Shown: piece by piece, positions 62,601 to 64,000 of the stretch
Numbering within the stretch: position 1 is the first letter of the stretch
Layout of the letters: each line of letters begins with the position of its first letter
Origin: Dehalococcoidia bacterium
Lineage (GTDB): Bacteria > Chloroflexota > Dehalococcoidia > Lucifugimonadales > CATOSD01
Assembly (NCBI GenBank): GCA_034422735.1
Contig: DAOUJL010000033.1
Span: forward strand, 5,012-69,011
Direction of reading: 5' to 3'
DNA: 64,000 bases
Made by a program: the position numbers and the translations under genes
The notes under the pieces: generated by a model
The model's input: the letters and a program-made list of their open reading frames with translations, nothing else
Database searches by the model: none
What the model was told of the DNA's origin: nothing

Positions 62601-63280
62601 TTGAGCTGCGCGACGCCCGAACCGGCAACGTCGCCACGGTGACCGTCATAGGCGTGCTGGATGCCCTGGCGGACCGCATCGGCCTGGTGGTGACGTCCAA
62701 GTCCGTGCTCGACCAACTCGCGGGCGAGCCAGTGCCTTTCACCGTACACCGCCTGAAGCTCAACCCGGGCGCTGACGCCGCGGCGGTGGCGCGTGACGTC
62801 GAGGCCGCCTTCCTCGAAAACGGCCTGGAAACCACCATACTCGCCGAGGACCTGGCCGAGGACCGCGAGGCCAACGTAGCAATCAACCGCCTGTTGCAGG
62901 GCTTCATGGCCACCGGCCTGCTGGTGGGCATAGCGGCGCTGGGCGTCATCAGCCTGCGCGCCGTTGTAGAGCGCCGCCAGCAGATCGGCGTGCTCAAGGC
63001 TATCGGCTACCGGCGCGGCATGATCCTGGCGAGCTACCTCATCGAGTCGTCCTTCATCTCGCTGCTGGGCATACTGATCGGCGTCGGCCTCGGAACGCTG
63101 CTGTCCATAAACCTCGTGGACGATATCGCGCGGGAAGTGCCGGGGCTGACGTTCACCGTCCCATGGGGCGAGCTCGCCGTCATCGTGGTGTTGGCCTACG
63201 TGTTCTCGCTGCTCACCACCTTCGTGCCCGCGCGCCAGGCCGCCGGCATCTACCCCGCCGAGGCCCTACGCTACGCCTAA
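59639..63280 (+). CDS. giant double-module FtsX/MacB-type ABC permease (about 1213 aa), orphan third paralogue
   Basis: N-terminal ...LKIGVRNLPRRPAQTALIVVGLMLSTLIISA.... FtsX cores ...RKPEMGIARAVGMKRRHLVQSFVYEGMAYDLASALVGALLG... and ...RRQQIGVLKAIGYRRGMILASYLIESSFISLLGILIGVGLG.... Start uncertain (TTG 59639, ATG 59693 or ATG 59765). No adjacent ATPase. Confidence 0.8.
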   Translation: MQEDPSLQSLFGIDTDVLMVVVLGALVGILAALGFTALLNRVMLKIGVRNLPRRPAQTALIVVGLMLSTLIISAALGTGDTIYHSIRYSVVEGLGEIDEVLAPGDTERADLRGDPYFPIERFDALASELEGDADVDGLAPSISEEVPAVNPASRLSEGSMRVFAIDPARLGVFGPVLDANGDEARLEDLGEGETYINEEAADELDASDGDTIVLYTQDGEIPLRVHRVVRDGGLAGQEPTALLTLDAAQRMFGKPGQINSVLVSNRGDGEKGAELSDEVTERLRGLLTDRAAAESIVALLSDPAVLDSLDDAAADLEPESHREDVLRAASLLRAGEATPELVSLLAEQSVAAQMMLAVERAKGREAAFQAFGLFSQLNSLTVRPIKKQFLELADQVSNAITSIFVILGTFSVIAGVMLIFLIFVMLAAERKPEMGIARAVGMKRRHLVQSFVYEGMAYDLASALVGALLGIGVGMLMVAGMAAIFADDSQGFELAPSYTLRSFIIAYSLGVVLTFATVLVSSYRASRLNIVAAIRDLPDTLQSTQSESRLRMMLRSVGRPVFFIVAAYRDLRSGNLWAALGRFALAVLWVIVFPIWIADVVWSVARICAAALTHGWLTFVVGALLVALGLWSEQAAPFTIGVTTSLIGIGLMLRGLYTRRNWSARAQNDLTAAAIAAVCLFWLVVGVTQSQTYTVVLSLVVAGFEAIRQLSLRKQAVNIELEDKHAFTFVGLSIILFWITPFDALEFVLPELSSNIEMFLISGVCMVAAAVWVVIYNADLITGLLAWALGLFPRLRPAINTAIAYALYSKIRTGLTLAMLSLVIFTLIVMSALTQSFGQALEDVDSVTGGWDVSASSNYSTPVDDFRGELAAALGDRAGDVTAVGAYSTLPVEARQPGAESQEWKTYRVQGADAAYLEQSQYNIQLMSREHGETNEDIWAALRADPSLAIVDQFAVPSRGGNFGQVGGPEFKMEGFYLGDDEMPATRIELRDARTGNVATVTVIGVLDALADRIGLVVTSKSVLDQLAGEPVPFTVHRLKLNPGADAAAVARDVEAAFLENGLETTILAEDLAEDREANVAINRLLQGFMATGLLVGIAALGVISLRAVVERRQQIGVLKAIGYRRGMILASYLIESSFISLLGILIGVGLGTLLSINLVDDIAREVPGLTFTVPWGELAVIVVLAYVFSLLTTFVPARQAAGIYPAEALRYA

Positions 63281-63283
63281 TCA

Positions 63284-63366
63284 ACTCCCTTCCCCCTCGC
63301 GGGGGGAAGGTCAGGATGGGGGTGACGAGATAGTCCCCTCTCCCTCGATGGGAGAGGATGAGGGTG
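63284..63366. repeat. two copies of the GC-hairpin REP-like element, inverted relative to 2420..2507
   Basis: Copy A 63284..63324: CCTTCCCCC-TCGCG-GGGGGAAGG-TCAGGATGGGGGTG. Copy B 63332..63366 is a variant: CCTCTCCC-TCGAT-GGGAGAGG-ATGAGGGTG. Confidence 0.85.
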
Positions 63367-63378
63367 AAAAACCGGAGA

Positions 63379-64000
63379 ATGTGGCAAACCGTTGGTCACG
63401 ACAAGGCTATAGCGTCCCTCCAGCGCGCAGTCGAAAACGGCCGGCTCTCCCACGCCTACCTGCTCACCGGCCCACCGCGCGTTGGCAAGCGCACCCTCGC
63501 CCTGGACATCGCGCGGGCCGTCAACTGCGTGGAGGCGGAGCGGCCGTGCGGCGAGTGCCGCCAGTGCGACCGCGTGACCCGGGGCCTCCACACCGACGTG
63601 TACACTGTGGCACTGGAACCGATGCCGTCCGACGAAAGTCGGCTACGCACGTCCATCCTCATCGGCCAGGTCCGGGAGGCGCAAGAGCAAGCCGCCCTCA
63701 AGCCATACGAGGGCGCAGGGCGCGTCTTCATATTCGAAAGCGCCGAGCTTCTCAGCGAACCGGCCGCCAACGCCCTCCTCAAGACCCTGGAGGAGCCTCC
63801 CGACCAGGTGACCCTGGTGCTGCTTGCCACCGCGGCCGAGCTACTGCCCGAGACCATCGTCTCAAGGTGCACAGTGATAAGACTCCGCCCGCTCAGCCAC
63901 GCCCTCATCGAGGAAGTGCTGCAAGTCGCACACGACGCGCCGCCGGAGCTTGCGCGCCGCATCGCGCGAGCGTCGCACGGCAGGCTCGGCTGGGCGCGCG
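63379..64000 (+). CDS. holB: DNA polymerase III subunit delta' (partial, runs off the right edge)
   Basis: MWQTVGHDKAIASLQRAVENGRLSHAYLLTGPPRVGKRTLALDIARAVNC...CGECRQCDRV...ALLKTLEEPP.... In-frame alternative starts ATG 63358 and GTG 63364 lie inside the REP copy. Confidence 0.88.
   Translation, partial: MWQTVGHDKAIASLQRAVENGRLSHAYLLTGPPRVGKRTLALDIARAVNCVEAERPCGECRQCDRVTRGLHTDVYTVALEPMPSDESRLRTSILIGQVREAQEQAALKPYEGAGRVFIFESAELLSEPAANALLKTLEEPPDQVTLVLLATAAELLPETIVSRCTVIRLRPLSHALIEEVLQVAHDAPPELARRIARASHGRLGWAR

Overview
High-GC (roughly 65% by eye) bacterial chromosome segment with about 50 tightly packed genes, many of them start/stop-coupled. I found no rRNA, tRNA, CRISPR array, transposase or integrase. 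The gene content suggests a Chloroflexota-like monoderm, but that is inference only: many CaiB-type CoA-transferases, amidohydrolases, LLM/F420-type oxidoreductase, enolase-superfamily enzyme, lipoproteins with Pro/Thr linkers, T-box regulation and GC-hairpin REP elements. Left to right: (1) a minus-strand operon trpS-trpE-trpG-trpD-HAD-trpC' headed by a Trp-specific T-box leader; (2) a low-GC islet of about 1.8 kb with a PIN (VapC) toxin plus an atypical partner, and a coupled pair of unknown small genes; (3) coaBC-coaX, a NYN/LOTUS protein, and a cupin/amidohydrolase/aminotransferase cluster; (4) a thioredoxin-fold lipoprotein gene interrupted by one in-frame TGA exactly at the CxxC position, so a candidate selenoprotein; (5) pncB, an AhpD-like protein, two CoA-transferases and an amidohydrolase; (6) gltBD; (7) HAD, LLM oxidoreductase, NHL, DUF1800; (8) an 830-nt GT-rich repeat-bearing non-coding region upstream of sodC; (9) an operon of two giant (about 1220 aa) double-module FtsX/MacB-type permeases and two ABC ATPases, one with an AbrB/SpoVT-like tail, plus a third orphan giant permease at 59.6 kb; (10) tmk, an R3H/SpoIIIAA-like ATPase, pdxST, a TPR protein, a Kelch lipoprotein, an MBL hydrolase, a CPBP protease, trpA, aroH, ribF, an aminotransferase, rimI, a PspAB-like protein, htpX and holB'. 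The most notable observations are the candidate Sec-containing surface redox protein and the giant FtsX transporter system. All calls come from reading the sequence and ORF translations, with no database search. Start codons are the least certain part.
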